From Vitrella brassicaformis CCMP3155 (Eukaryota; Protista; Chromerida): a stretch of DNA of 64,000 nucleotides. How positions within the stretch are numbered: position 1 is the stretch's first letter; every line of letters begins with the position of its first letter. The notes below the pieces were generated by a model. It was not told the DNA's origin, did no database searches, and saw nothing but the letters and a program-made list of their open reading frames with translations. The translations under genes and the position numbers were made by a program. Below are positions 47,001 to 59,418 of this stretch, one piece after another. The stretch covers positions 62,001-126,000 of the forward strand of contig CDMY01000253.1 of the NCBI GenBank assembly GCA_001179505.1, in the 5' to 3' direction.

Positions 47001-50000
47001 GATGCCGTGCAGTGAGTGTGGTTGTCGTTGGTCAGGTACCTCATTGCGAATCCCTCTTTTGTGAACTTTCCCTCGTCCTTCTTGCTGATCGGCGTCCGGC
47101 AGTCCACCTTGTGGTCGGGGTAGTTCCAGCTGCACAGGAGGTCCTCCACCTCAGGGCCCGTCTCTGCTTTCTCCTCGTCGCTCTCCACCGTACCCGTAGC
47201 GTTAGCCATAGTCTTGTTACCCTCAACCACACGTTGAGGGGCACAACGTGCTTTCGGCGTCGTGCTGTCCCGGTCTATGATTGTAGAGGTGCACTTGGTG
47301 GTGTTCCAGATGGCTTTCAAGGGCACCGATGAAGCAGATGTGGGCGCCGATGATGGTGTGGGTGCCGTAGTCGACGTCTCATTGGCATGCGTCGTCGCGT
47401 TTGGAGCAGCCGTGGTGGTGGCGGTGGAAGGAGAGGGCAGATTCGACGGAGGCAGAGTGGGCAGAGTGGGCTGTGCCTCAGCGGACCTTTCTTGCAGCAG
47501 CGCTGTAGCATTGTCCGTCGCGTTGGTGGCGTTCGCAGCGGCTGTCTCGTTAACTTCAGGCAGCTCCTCCATCAGGTCGAATGTGCAGCTGACATTGTGG
47601 TCGCTGTCGGTAAAATTGCAGACTTCAGTACGGCTCTCCACGTCTCGCTGGCACGATGGGCGGACAGTGGCGTTGCGCCAAAACAGTGACTTCTCGGTGC
47701 TATTGAAGAGGATCGACTCACGATCAGCTTTGGACAGGACGCCCTCGCCTTCTGCAGGGGCGGGCTCACACAGATCAGATAACTACGACGTCGGTGTTGT
47801 TGTTTGTGGTCGCTCACCTTTCTCTTTCTCCTTGGTTTCTTCTCCTGCCTTGTATGCCTTAGCCCCCTCTCCGATGATGCCCGGTCCCGCCGCAGGGCCC
47901 TCCTCTGCCTCGCGCTCCAAAGGCGGGGGAGTGGGCAGGGGAGGCTCGATGTCTACCCAACACACATATACAGGCAGGACTCATGCGTGCATGAGGTGTC
48001 AGTCAGTCGGTGGTCACCTTGTTTGTCAAACCATAGATACCGCTCAAAGTCCATGGGAATCGCCGTGTCGGCACGCGGACAATTCTCTGGTAGAGACACA
48101 CAACACGCAATCGGAATGAAGTCAGTGTCTCCAGGCAGGCGAGTATCTCCCTTGCAATGCTCGCTTACGATAGCAGGCGAGGTCGAGCGCCTGCCACTGG
48201 CCGTTCTCGCAGTACAGTGTCGTCTTGTGTATCTGCACGCCCAGCCCAGGGCTGTACCCCTCGGCACATGTCAGTTCCCTCTTGTCGCCGTGGTTCTGGC
48301 CCTCCCCACTGATGTTATACGCCACGACTGGCTGGGGAAGAGGGAACTCGCCGCAATCAGCTGCACACGAATAACGCACTAGCTAATATTCTTGTCTTGG
48401 TTGTAGTGTTTTCACAGTGCTTGTCTTGATTGATACCTTTGCAATCGAGGACAGTTTGTGTCCAGATACCATCGTTCCATTTGATGACATCCTTGCCGTG
48501 TTTGGGGCCTGATGCACTCGTGTAGCCCTCTTTGCAGGCAACGTAGACCAATGTGTCGGGAGGGTTGGACGCCCCGGGGGGGAAGCCGCTTTTGAGAAGG
48601 AATACATACCGCAACGGGTCCAGCGGCACAGCACCGCACTCCCCTGCACACACACACACACCCATAGACAGAGACACCACATGGACATCCACATGTCTCC
48701 GTTGCTGCCAGACGTACGTCGACAGGAGAGGTTGACGGCAGTGAAGTTGCCCTGTTCGCAGTAGATGGTTGCAGGCGAGCTGGTACCAAGTGTGGGGTGT
48801 GTGGGCAGTCCCGGGCCATCAACTCCCGGCGGGGCCTTGTTGGCCACGCCGCACATGACGGACGTGCAGCCACCGGACGGGAACTGTGTCACAGAGGTCA
48901 GGGGGTCCGACTTGGCAATGACGTAGTAGCCGCCGGTTGATGCCACCCAGTCTTTGAGCTGGTTAACATCACACGTCTTCTCACAGCCGAGAGTGACGTC
49001 CGTGAATGTGCTGTTGATGCACAGGATCCTCTGTCTCCCCTGCCTGAGCTCTTCGGGCAGCTGGGCCTGCAGCAGCTTCAACCTTCTGGCCTGCTCCTCG
49101 TTTTCCACCAGGTCGAGGGCACACATGTGGCGGATGGCTGCGTCGCTGGTGCACAGCGCCATAAGCTCAGTGCCGTGTGGGAAGGTGGGGCTGAGTTGCT
49201 TCTGCCATGATGAGGGGAAGCCGACGCCCTCGTGCAGCGCAGGAGGGATGACGTCCTCGGGGTTCTCAGCAGATGAGGCGTCGAGGAGCTTCTGGGCCCA
49301 CACATTTGGAGGCAGCTTCTGAAGGAGGGACTCCTTTGTGCACTCCTCTGCAGCAAAAGAGAGCCATACACTTGTGCCGATGGACCAACAGCAAGGCGAG
49401 AAAATATCGTCAGTATCGTCTCTGTGTCACTGACTTGCGCATCGTAGCCAGATTTTGGACCAAGACCCATTGATGCATTTGATGGTGGTGAAGTCTGTCT
49501 CCAGGCCCGTTGCGGGGTGCCACGACTCGCCCGCCACATCAGACGACCGACACTTGAGCTTCACCTCCGTCTTGTGCCGGGGATAGGCATTCCAGTCAAC
49601 GAAGCCACCCTCCAGCAGATAGTCCGATGTGCCGTTTGTGATGTACTGCGATGCTGTCTCGGGGTCGGCCGGCTCGTATTGGTAGGCGATGGGACACATC
49701 ATGGCCTTGCTCTTCGAGGGAGGGGTGCCGTCAGGCTTCGGCAGGAAGTAAAGCAGGGGACAGGCACCTGCAGACCGATAAGAGAGGGAGCTGGCATGGA
49801 GACCTCACACACTTTCCGTTTGTTCCTCTCAATGTGTGGTGCTTACGTCTGCAGACGAGTGCGAGGAAGGACCATGCTCCCTCCTCACACGACACGGTTG
49901 TGTTTGCCTGGCCGACCACCGGGTAGAACCCCTGGTGGCTGGCACACCGCACGTCGCGGACTACCCCTGACTTGATGAGCCCCGCGGTGGTTGGCAAGGG

Positions 50001-53000
50001 GAATGGCGGGTAGGGATGGGTCGCAGACACCACATAACCCGGCTTGCTCCGATACTCGGCGGGGCACGGGCCTGTCATTACACAAGGAAGCGATGATACG
50101 AAGGCAATAGATGCGATGCCCTTCCTTCTCGCAAGTACGTATGTACGTTTGCAGCGGACTGTTTGCTCGGTGTAGAATCCGTCGAGGCATCGGACGATCT
50201 CCCAGTCGACAGTGGAATGGAAGTCAGGCGTGCGGCCCGGGGAGCACGTGACATTGACCTCAGCCCCGTGATGCCAGGGCACCTCCCCGCCGCTCGGCAG
50301 ATGGGGAAAGCTGACCGTGTAATCGGGACTGAAGTGCGGCGGACCAGCACAGTTCCCTGGCGGCCGACACAGAGCTCCATGTGTACGGATGTCGTATGCG
50401 TCGTGTCTCTCTCTCGCATGAGTTGCGTACTCATGCAGATGAGCATGAGAGCTGTCCATTCGCCGTGCTCGCACTTGACGCGGTCGGGGCTTGACCCCTA
50501 GGATGGAAAGAAGCCCTTCTGGCAGGTCACCTCATACTCGGCACCAAACGACCGATCGCGGAAGGCCTGGCCGCCGGTGCCTCCCTTGACCATCTCCGCT
50601 TTGTACCTCTCAATGGACAGCATGGGGAAGGGATCGCAGTGCTCTACACACCAGATAGCAAAGATGTAGATGGAGACACGAAGGCAGTGTTCTTCCATGC
50701 CTGTCTGTTGCTTGTCTCACTTGAGAACTCGAGCGTCCTCCCTCCCCACAAGCCATCCAGGCAGACAATCTCCTCGTGGTTCTCCTCGCCTTTGGGTGAC
50801 GACACCAGGGGGTCACATGATATCTCTCTTGACGACCCGTGCTCTCGGCTGCCCTCGGTGGGATACGAGCGCACTATGTACAAAGAGGAGAGGGAAGGGA
50901 ATGGCGGACAGCTGGCCGCACAGTCCAAGGTGCGGTGTGCAAAACCCAAACTGGCACTTGAGGATCTCCTCCGATGCGAGCGGTCCGATGCTGCTCGCAT
51001 TGATGGCTCGAGGGGTGCTGCCCTCAGCACACTGGATCCTCACCTGTGAGTTGTGGTAGACAAAGTCAGGCACACCTCGCCATTTGGCTGCAGGATTCGG
51101 CCCCTTGGCGTCGGGCAAAGGTGGCGGATTGCGGAGCTCCTGCGGCGTGGGCGTGATGCTTGTGTGCCCGATGTTTGAGGCGTATGTCCACTCTTCGCTG
51201 TAGCGGGGATCGCGGCCGACCTTTTGAAGGGCATCAGTCGGGCAGGATGCCGCACACTCCAGTGTGACCATATCCCACTGTATATTGGGGTCGAAGGAGC
51301 TCTCGCCCAGGCAGGTGATGTTGATCCTCTCTTGTTCGACTGCCAGGGGGTTGATTACGTCAAGACGTGAGCTGCGGTAGCCACGACCGGTGTCACAGCT
51401 GAAAGGACAAAAGCATACCACGCAAAGTGCAGATGTGGTGGCCAGCTTCTCTGCTATCGTACCCGACGGACACGACGGTCATGGGTTTGAAGCTCATAGG
51501 GTAGGTGCCGGGCTGATCGGGCTTTAGCAGAGTTGGCGACCGAAGGGTGTAGTTGGCCTTCCGGAGAGACACCAGATAGTCACGGCCACACCCGCCTGCA
51601 AATCCACCCACCAGCCACACAGCATCCAATGCCGCTTGGTTCCCACATGTATGTCTCTGCATTCTGTGTGCTGTCTGTGTACGTTTGCATTCGAGTGTGC
51701 GTGGGCTCCAGTGTCCGTCGAGGCAGACGAGGTCCTCTGTGGCCTGGCCGGTCATCGGCTGGAAGCCGTTGTCGGTGTCGCATGCAATGCTCCTGATGGC
51801 GCCATGGTTGTTGTTCTCCGTGTCACCCACGAAATGCATGCCCTCGCGGGGCAGCGCGGGGCTCTCCAAACACTTGGCTGAATGGACACATCGAAAGACA
51901 AAGGAGGCAGCTTTGCACAAATGACAAGGTGCGGCGATGTGTTTGCTTACATCTGCACGTGAGACGGGGCGTCTGGTACTGGCCATATTCGCATCTCACT
52001 GTCTCACGTGTCACATTAGGCGTCACTGAGTTGTGCGTCTCGTCGCACTCGACTGTCGAGCTGTCCCCGTGTTTGTTGCCTGTATACGTCACCTTATATC
52101 CGAGGGTCTTGGCCAAGGGGAACTCATCGAAACCAGGACAGTGATCTATAGTACACAGAACCATCCATAAAGCTAGCTAATGTCATATGACGGCCATTCT
52201 TCTCTCTTCTTTCCTCACAAATGCACTTGAGGTGGAGCTCTGGCGTCCAGTGTCCAGCGAGGCACCATATGAGCTGTGTCGATGCGAGGCAGTCCACGCC
52301 CTCCTTGCGACACGCCGGCACGGCCTCCTTAGGGTTGCATCCCACTTCCAGCCAGTCTCTCTGGCTGACGAGGTCGGCCAGCCGGCCGCTGCCATGAGGG
52401 TTGCGGGACGTCCGCAGAATCAGGTAGGGGGGAGGGGGAGCGTCGTATTGGCTGCACGGAGCTGCAGCGCAGCCATCTAAGAAGAGACACATTTCTCGTA
52501 CGTCCCTTGCCTTGCCTTCATGCGCCTCGTTATCACTCACATTCGCAGACGATCGTCCGTGGCGTCCACTGGCCGTGCAGACAGTACACGACGGAGTAGG
52601 ACGCGCCTCCAGCCGGTGCATGTGGCTCCACACATGTGATGTTGCGGTAGGTCATGTGCTGGAGGGACTCGGGCGAGTTGGGGTACACGCCGGGCGGCAG
52701 CTTGACCATATACATCATCTGACCCAGGTCGGGATACTCCTGGCAGTACGCTGACACACGAGAAGAGACCAAGGCAAATCTTTGTGTATGGTCGTGTGTG
52801 TGTCTGTAGCAAGCTACTGCACCTTCGCAGTGGAACCCCGGGATTGTGTATTGGCCATCGATGCACTTGACAGTCCTTTCCACCCGCGGGATGCTGATTG
52901 TGACCTCAGCCCCGCCCTTGCAGTGGACCTTGACGATCGTGCCGTGGGTCTTCTCATTCACCTCTGGACCGCCGACCCAGTAGGACAGATTCTGACGAAT

Positions 53001-55262
53001 CACCTCCTCTCGATAAGGGCGAGCACAGTCCTCTGAAGAGAGAGGAAGGAGTCACAGCCAACTCTTTATGCTCTATCCATTCGTCCGTTGGTGATTTTCC
53101 CCGTCTCACTTTTGCAGACGGTCTCTGGTGGCGTCCACTGCCCGTCGGGCTCGCAGTAGACAATCTCCTTCTTGCGGTAACGTCGCGTCGATGAGTAGCC
53201 CGGCATGCACATCAACACGCGGTAGTCGCCCGCCGTTCGCCCCTCTGTGCCTGCCGCGTAGTCAGCAGTGACATGCTTGTCGTGGAACTGATACTTCTCC
53301 ATGTACTCTCCCCACGGCGGACACAACTCTGGACAGCGCATAGAGGAAAAAAGTGAGAAGGGGCAGAGAAGAGGAGCAGGAATATCATGTCTCACTTCTG
53401 CAGTTGCATGCGCAGTTGGTCTCGGCTTCGGTCTTGTCGACCCCATCGCACTCCTCGCCCGGCTCGACTATCCCGTTGCCGCAGATGGCGGTGCGGCCTG
53501 TGTGGTTGGGGGAATAAAGACATGAAGGGCAGTCCAATGTAACATCAACAGCTATTCTATGCCCACCCAGGATGTAGTTGAGATCGTTGACTGCCAACGG
53601 CACTTCCGTCTTTGGATCAAACGATCGAAAGCGGATAGTCACAAGCCGCACGTCGCCTGCACACACAATGCAATACACCTTTGAAAGCGTGCCTCTGTGC
53701 GTGTTGCTCACTGACCATGCAAACAGTTGAAGTCGTCTGCGTCGCATCCAATTGTGAATTTCTCCGTCTGATTGAGACTCGCAGTCGTGTCTTTGAGCAC
53801 CAACAGACGGCCTCCTTGCGGTGTCAACTCCTGAAGCTCGCGGAATATGTGGACCTGAGAGACATGTATCGAACCAAGATCATCATCGCATTCGCTTCCC
53901 CAGCGTGTATAGATCTCCTCACATTGTAGTTGCCTTCCGGTGTTGGAATGATTTGAAAGGTATAGAGCTGCGGGCGGCCCCAGCATGCACTCACCATGAC
54001 TTCCTGCCGCTCTATCTTGACTGTCGCCCCTCCGCTGCCCCGCCTCATCCACCGCCGCTCCCTGTTCTCGCCCTCCTGCACCAGCACCACTCGACCAGTG
54101 TCGCGTGAAGGGCCGTCGCTGACACCACTGGCTGCCTTGCGCCTTCTTAGTGTGGAATTCGTTAACTTCCAAAAGAGCGCTTCGAGCCTGAGTCTCAGGG
54201 GCCTCTGGCTCACTGGGTGGCAATGGATTGGCCTCCACCTGCACGCCAATCTTCATTTTGCCGATGGCCCTGAGCGGCCAGGGCTCGATCACTATCTGGA
54301 ACCGGCTGTCTGTCCCGCTGTCGAAGAGCACTGTGCGACGTGTGGTTGTCTCGCCATCCACGTCGACATAGATGAAGAAGCTCCAGCCGGGCGCTAAGGC
54401 AGCCATAGGGTTCATGGCCGGGGGCGGCATTATGGACAGACACGACACATTGGACCGCAGCAGCGGTCCCTCGACGCCACGATCACCACCAGACAATCGA
54501 ACACCGAAGCTGCAAAGCGAAGGGCAGAGGTAAGAAGCACAAAGATGGGGTCGTTGATCAGGTGATTCCCCTACTCACCCTTCCAGCAGTTGTGGCGCGT
54601 CGCCCCCGTCCGGGGCGAAGGCCACTGGAAGGGTCTTGGGCGAGATGGCATCCTTCTAGCGCTTCAAGTCCTTGGTTGCGTCGACCACCTGGACGAACTC
54701 GCGAAGTCCGATGAGGGTCACGCCCTGTGCATACATGCGTTCGCACGCCTCTGATGCCTTAGTGTCGCTGGCATCTGGGCCGACACCTACAGATTCGACA
54801 GATCCAACGGAGAGGTTTGTGTTGTGTCCGTGTCATTTCATCTTTGTGAAGCTTCTCACCAATGCGCTGTGCCCCCTTCCCTAGAGTGCCACTCTGCAGC
54901 TTTTGCAGCATGGCAAGATCCACTCGAGGAGCGAATGCATCAGATGACGACTGCAACACTCTCCGCGAGCGGTCAAATGCACTCTCTGCAGTAACTGTCT
55001 CCTCCAGCTGGCCATAAGACAGTGGGGCGGAGACGGGGGATTCCTGGCCCAGCGTGTCTTGGCTGCCCCGAGAGAAATTCGCGCCAATGACGTCCTCCTG
55101 CATATGCAGCATGTCCACAAATGGGTCGTTTTCGCCAGAAGGCAATGTGCGCAGCACAGGGGAGGCGGGAGGCGCCATTCGGGTGGCTGACGACCACTCC
55201 ACAGCAGCGACAAAGAATACCGAGAGGAAAACGGCCATTGGCGCCATCCTGCAGTGCAGCAT
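44077..55262 (-). pseudogene. Giant secreted sushi/CCP-repeat protein gene (~21 modules, CGNG Cys motif, mucin-like segment) with multiple disabling lesions
   Basis: Signal peptide MAPMAVFLSVFFVAAVEWSSA; CGNGIVEPGEECD; ~21 C..C..C-x-x-G-x-W..C modules mostly on phase-1 exons. In-frame TAG 54656-58, TAG 50498-500, TGA 46845-47, frameshift at ~50932. Confidence 0.8.
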
Positions 55263-56277
55263 CACGCGGTACGAAGATGCGCCACTCAAATCAGATGCAA
55301 GCTGTGTGTGGGCGGACTTCACAATCGACAGCTTGAGGACAATGACGCAGTAGAGAGTCTATCCTTGGCTCAGCTGCGGAAGACATCACACACGGAAGAA
55401 ATGGAATGCGAGCTTGCGGCGAGATTCACGGCGAGAATTCGAATTCTAGCCGTCTCCGAGACAGCATTTATCGAACAAAGGGATATTAAACAGTTTCCGA
55501 GCCGGCTCTCCTCATTTCCCACTGTTCGCTTCACATCTCCTTCGTTTCTTTTCATTTTTCGGCGGGAGATTTCGGGCGCCACCCGCCCCAGGCCCACGCA
55601 GCCCCCCCTGCTTGCCGTTTGCGAAGAGGACGAGTCCGCCAGACCGCCCCTGACCCGCCCGCCCGTCAGACACTGACATCAGCCTGAGCCTCCTTTCTCC
55701 CTGGGTGAGTGGTCGTTGGCTTGTGTGGTCCGCCCATCCGACTTGTCCGAGTATCGTCCGCCCCTTCATTCCTCTACCGCCGTGCCGCGAGTGCCTCAGC
55801 CAGTGGCGCCCTTTCTTCTGCTGAATGGGTGGCGACTGCCTGACATCTTTCTGGCGTCAGCTGAGTGCGCGGACGCCTGCTTTTTCTCTTCAAACTCAAA
55901 CATCTTCTCAGGTGAGTCCACGTGTCATATCTCTTTTTTTTGTTGGCTGCGGTGTCGGCATGGTGTGTGGATGATAGTCGAGGATTACTGCATTTCATTG
56001 CTGTGGTCGTCTCATGTGCCCTGTCGGTATGTTTGTGTGCAGATGAAATAATTTTGGGGTTCTTCCTGATTGCCGCCTCCTTTTCTCGGCGGAGTCCTCC
56101 AAAGGTGAGTGAAGTATTCAGTGAATCAGGGGTTCAGTGTACGCTAACGAAACAGTATTGACTCTGTTTTTGCCTTTGCTGCAGCACAGACAACTCTTTT
56201 CGACTACAGGAGAAGAAACAAAAAGCCGGTGAGCGGAAGAAACGAACGAGGAAAGTTGAGCACATTCTGTGTGTAGC

Positions 56278-57410
56278 GCCACGGCAACACATACAGCAAC
56301 AACCCCCCCCACCGACGGCGTTCTCCTTCTCCCCTCCTTAATTCGCCCTTTATGATACATCAAAATCATCAATCCAGCTAATTCCCCCGCTCCTCCACAC
56401 ACAGGCAGACAAACGCATCGCATCGCATCGCATAAATGCAAAATAAATGGAGAATGTATAGTAGAGACCCACAGCATATGTGTGTCTATGCGCGTACGTA
56501 TGTGTATGTGTCTGTGTCTGTGTGTATGTGTGTATGTGTATGTTTGTGTGTAGCCGGCTGGCTAGCTAGCTCTTGTTAGTTTGCTGTTCGTGAGGGTCTT
56601 GTTTGTCGTTCGTTGCTTGCGGCTTCCCTTGTTCGTTCGTTCGTGGTATGGCGGATGGCTTATCCAACACACAGGTACGCACGTAAAGACAGAGAGACAG
56701 ACAGGAGGGACAGGAGAGAGAGGGTGGGGTTTGTTACATCTCATATGTCTTCCACTCTTTGTGTGTCTGTCTGTCTGTCTCTCTGTCTCTGCTTGTAGAT
56801 GCAGGCGCCCAAGCTTGCCTTCTCCTCCTTCTCCTTCTTCTCGTCTCTCGATCGACGCCCATCGCCTCCCTCATCGCCTTATCGCCTCATCGCCTCATCG
56901 CCCGCCTCATGGCCTTCTACGCTTCAAAGAAATGGTAACGAAACCCGGCCCCGACTTGTGGACGCGCATCGACGCCACGGCAACACATACAGCAACAAAC
57001 CCCCCCACCGACGGCGTTCTCCTTCTCCCCTCCTTAATTCGCCCTTTATTATATATCAAAATCATCAATCCAGTTAAGTCCTCCGCTCCTCCGCAGACAC
57101 ACACACGCATACAAAATGAACGGAGAACATACTATTTAGAGACCGCCAGCCTTGTGTATGTATGTATGTATGTGTGTGTTTGTGTAGCTAGCTAGCTCTT
57201 GTTCCTTTGTAGGGCCTTTGTCCTTTGTTGCGGCCGTATAGACAGACAAGCTTTGTTCCTGGCTTTGTTCGGTGGCATTTGTGTGACAAGATTATTACCT
57301 TCAGCGCAGGTACGAACGTAAAGACAGACAGAAGAGAAAGGATTACACACATGTTCAATTCTGCTCCTCATATCTCTTCCACTTTTCTTTGTGTGTCTGT
57401 CTCTGCTTGT
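56278..57410. repeat. Diverged direct duplication (~56278-56796 and ~56974-57410, offset ~696)
   Basis: Shared gccacggcaacacatacagcaac...ccgacggcgttctccttctcccctccttaattcgccc, gctagctagctcttgtt, caggtacg(c/a)acgtaaagacaga and ctcatat(g/c)tcttccact blocks. Confidence 0.85.
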
Positions 57411-57835
57411 CTGTCTGTCTGTCTGTCTGCCTGCTCGTGAATCTCCTTCAGATGCGGGCAGGCCGCTTTGTATGGACCAGCATCATGATGGCGCCAAGTG
57501 AGCTGCTCGCCACCAGGACCATCTCTCAGGTACGTACATGTGCTGGGCACACAGGATCATGATGGAAGGATTGCTGCTTTGACTTGACATCAGACTTGAC
57601 CGACCTTTGCCAGTGCGCACACCTCGTACATTCGTTGACGCTAAGGGAAGGGAATAAGAGACACATGAGAGAACTGATGGCATATCTCTCTGCTTTCTTC
57701 CTGTCCGTGTTGTGTATTTGTTGGAGCTCAACGAGGGCAAACGAAACTCTTCCGGTCCAGAAGAAATGCTGTGGACGTGAGAAGACACTGCACACACAAA
57801 GACATGAGAAATGAATGTCATCAATGTCTTCACCA

Positions 57836-58360
57836 GGTTCGCAGAAATCGGTGGCGGAGACGGAAAAGCAGCTGGACCTTGACGCAATGAAGAAGCCGTG
57901 TGTGGGTGAGAGAAGAACTCGTTCATTGACGTGTGGCGAGACAGGGACATGGCGACCATGATGACGGTGCGGCCGCGGCGTCATCATCAGCCCCAGCAGC
58001 TGCCGCCGGTGGTGGTGCGGGTGCCTGTGGGCACGACAAGCCTGCTGCCGGTGGGTCTGGCCAGACGAAGGTCAACAAGGCTCAGAAGGAGAAGGAAGAG
58101 CAGGAGCAACGATTCTGCAGGTGGGTGAGAGGGAGAGTGTGGGTTGATTGAAGGGGGAGTGCATCCAGGTGTGGTGTGCAGAGTTTGCTTCGGTCCTGGA
58201 GGGGACAGCCTGAACGAAATCAAGGAATGCCAGAGGTGTTCTGTAGCTGTTCACAAGAAGCAGGTGAGTGAGGGCGGGAGGGATGGGAGGTAGAAACTAA
58301 GGCACCGACAGGCAGACATGGGGAATGGATGAATGTCACCATGCCCGTCTCTCCCTCTCC

Positions 58361-58393
<33 letters not shown>

Positions 58394-58723
58394 TATCTGT
58401 GTGGTGTCATCAATCTACCAGCTCACCCGGCAAAGACCCACGGGGAGGCCACTGAGGCAGCCAGGCGGGACAACAAGCCGAAGTGGCACTGCCGTCGTCG
58501 CTGCGAGACGGAGAAGACCACCCGCCTCATCCCACAGTGCGCCATCTGTGGGTGGCCCGGCGGCACCCTCAAGGAAACGACGAACGCGACTGATAAATCC
58601 ACGTCACATGCGCGATCTGGCTCCTTTCATGTGTCTGTGTGTCCATCCGTATGAATGTAGGCATTCCGGTGCCATGCAGCCACAACGACAGCTCGTCATG
58701 TGACAAGGCGTTCCACCAATGCG
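57836..58723 (+). pseudogene. Degraded PZP (PHD-zinc knuckle-ePHD) chromatin-reader gene, BRPF/JADE/AF10-like
   Basis: FCR|VCFG...NEIKECQRCSVAVHKK, KWHCRRRC, QCAICGWPGGTLKETT, HVTCAIW (frame-shifted), GIPVPCS...CDKAFHQC. The frames and one acceptor do not join. Confidence 0.7.
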
Positions 58724-58884
58724 GTGAGAGGACGAGACAACAGACATCACTCTGCGAATGCGTGTTGCCTTTCATTGATGTTGCCTGTATTTGCTTGTGT
58801 CTGTCTCGAGTGTGTCTGCGTCAGATTGGCGGCATTCTCGGAGAGGGGCGAGGCGTCGTCGCCTCACGGCTGCCCACATTATAT

Positions 58885-59418
58885 AGACGGCATCACATCA
58901 CGGACGGCATCATCCATTCATCCATCAGCTGCTGACTGAAGATCCTCCTCGTGCCGATGGCTATGTCAGCTATTCGAGATGGACAACGAGGGACGGAGAC
59001 GGCATCACATCACGGACGGCATCATCCATTCATCCATCAGCTGCTGCTGAGGGACGGAGACGGCATCACATCACGGACGGCATCATCCATTCATCCATCA
59101 GCTGCTGCTGAAGATCCTCCTCGTGCCGATGGCTATGTCAGCTATTCGAGATGGACAACGAGGGAGCTTGGAGACGGCATCTGCACATCACGGACGGCAT
59201 CATCCATTCATCCATCAGCTGCTGCTGACTGAAGATACCTGTGGCTGTCGCCACACACGGCATATCGGCGACCAAGAAGCGAGCGGCACTGATGATGATC
59301 AAGAAGCGGACAAGGAGGAGGGAGGGAGACGGCATCACGGCATCCATCCATTCACCACCATCAGCTGCTGACTGAAGATACCTGTGGCTGTCGCCACACA
59401 CGGCATATCGGCGACCAA
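58885..59418. repeat. Composite modular repeat array A-B-A-A-B-A-C-x-A-C (modules ~47-59 bp)
   Basis: A=agacggcatcacatcacggacggcatcatccattcatccatcagctgctg (x5); B=aagatcctcctcgtgccgatgg...ggacaacgaggga (x2); C=actgaagatacctgtggctgtcgcc...ggcgaccaa (x2). Confidence 0.92.

Noticed and set aside
54132-54213. Apparent frameshift in the N-terminal part of the sushi gene
   Set aside because: Resolved by an ordinary 82-nt GTGAGC...GGCAG intron (54213-54132), so it is not counted as a lesion.
28970-54658. Genome-wide stop-codon reassignment (UGA=Trp/Cys, UAG=sense)
   Set aside because: Intact genes here terminate with TAG and TGA and use TGG for Trp. In-frame stops are confined to a few genes and would need inconsistent amino acids.
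58885-59418. CRISPR array
   Set aside because: The would-be spacers are themselves duplicated (B x2, C x2), repeat spacing is irregular, no cas genes are present, and the context is eukaryotic and intron-rich.
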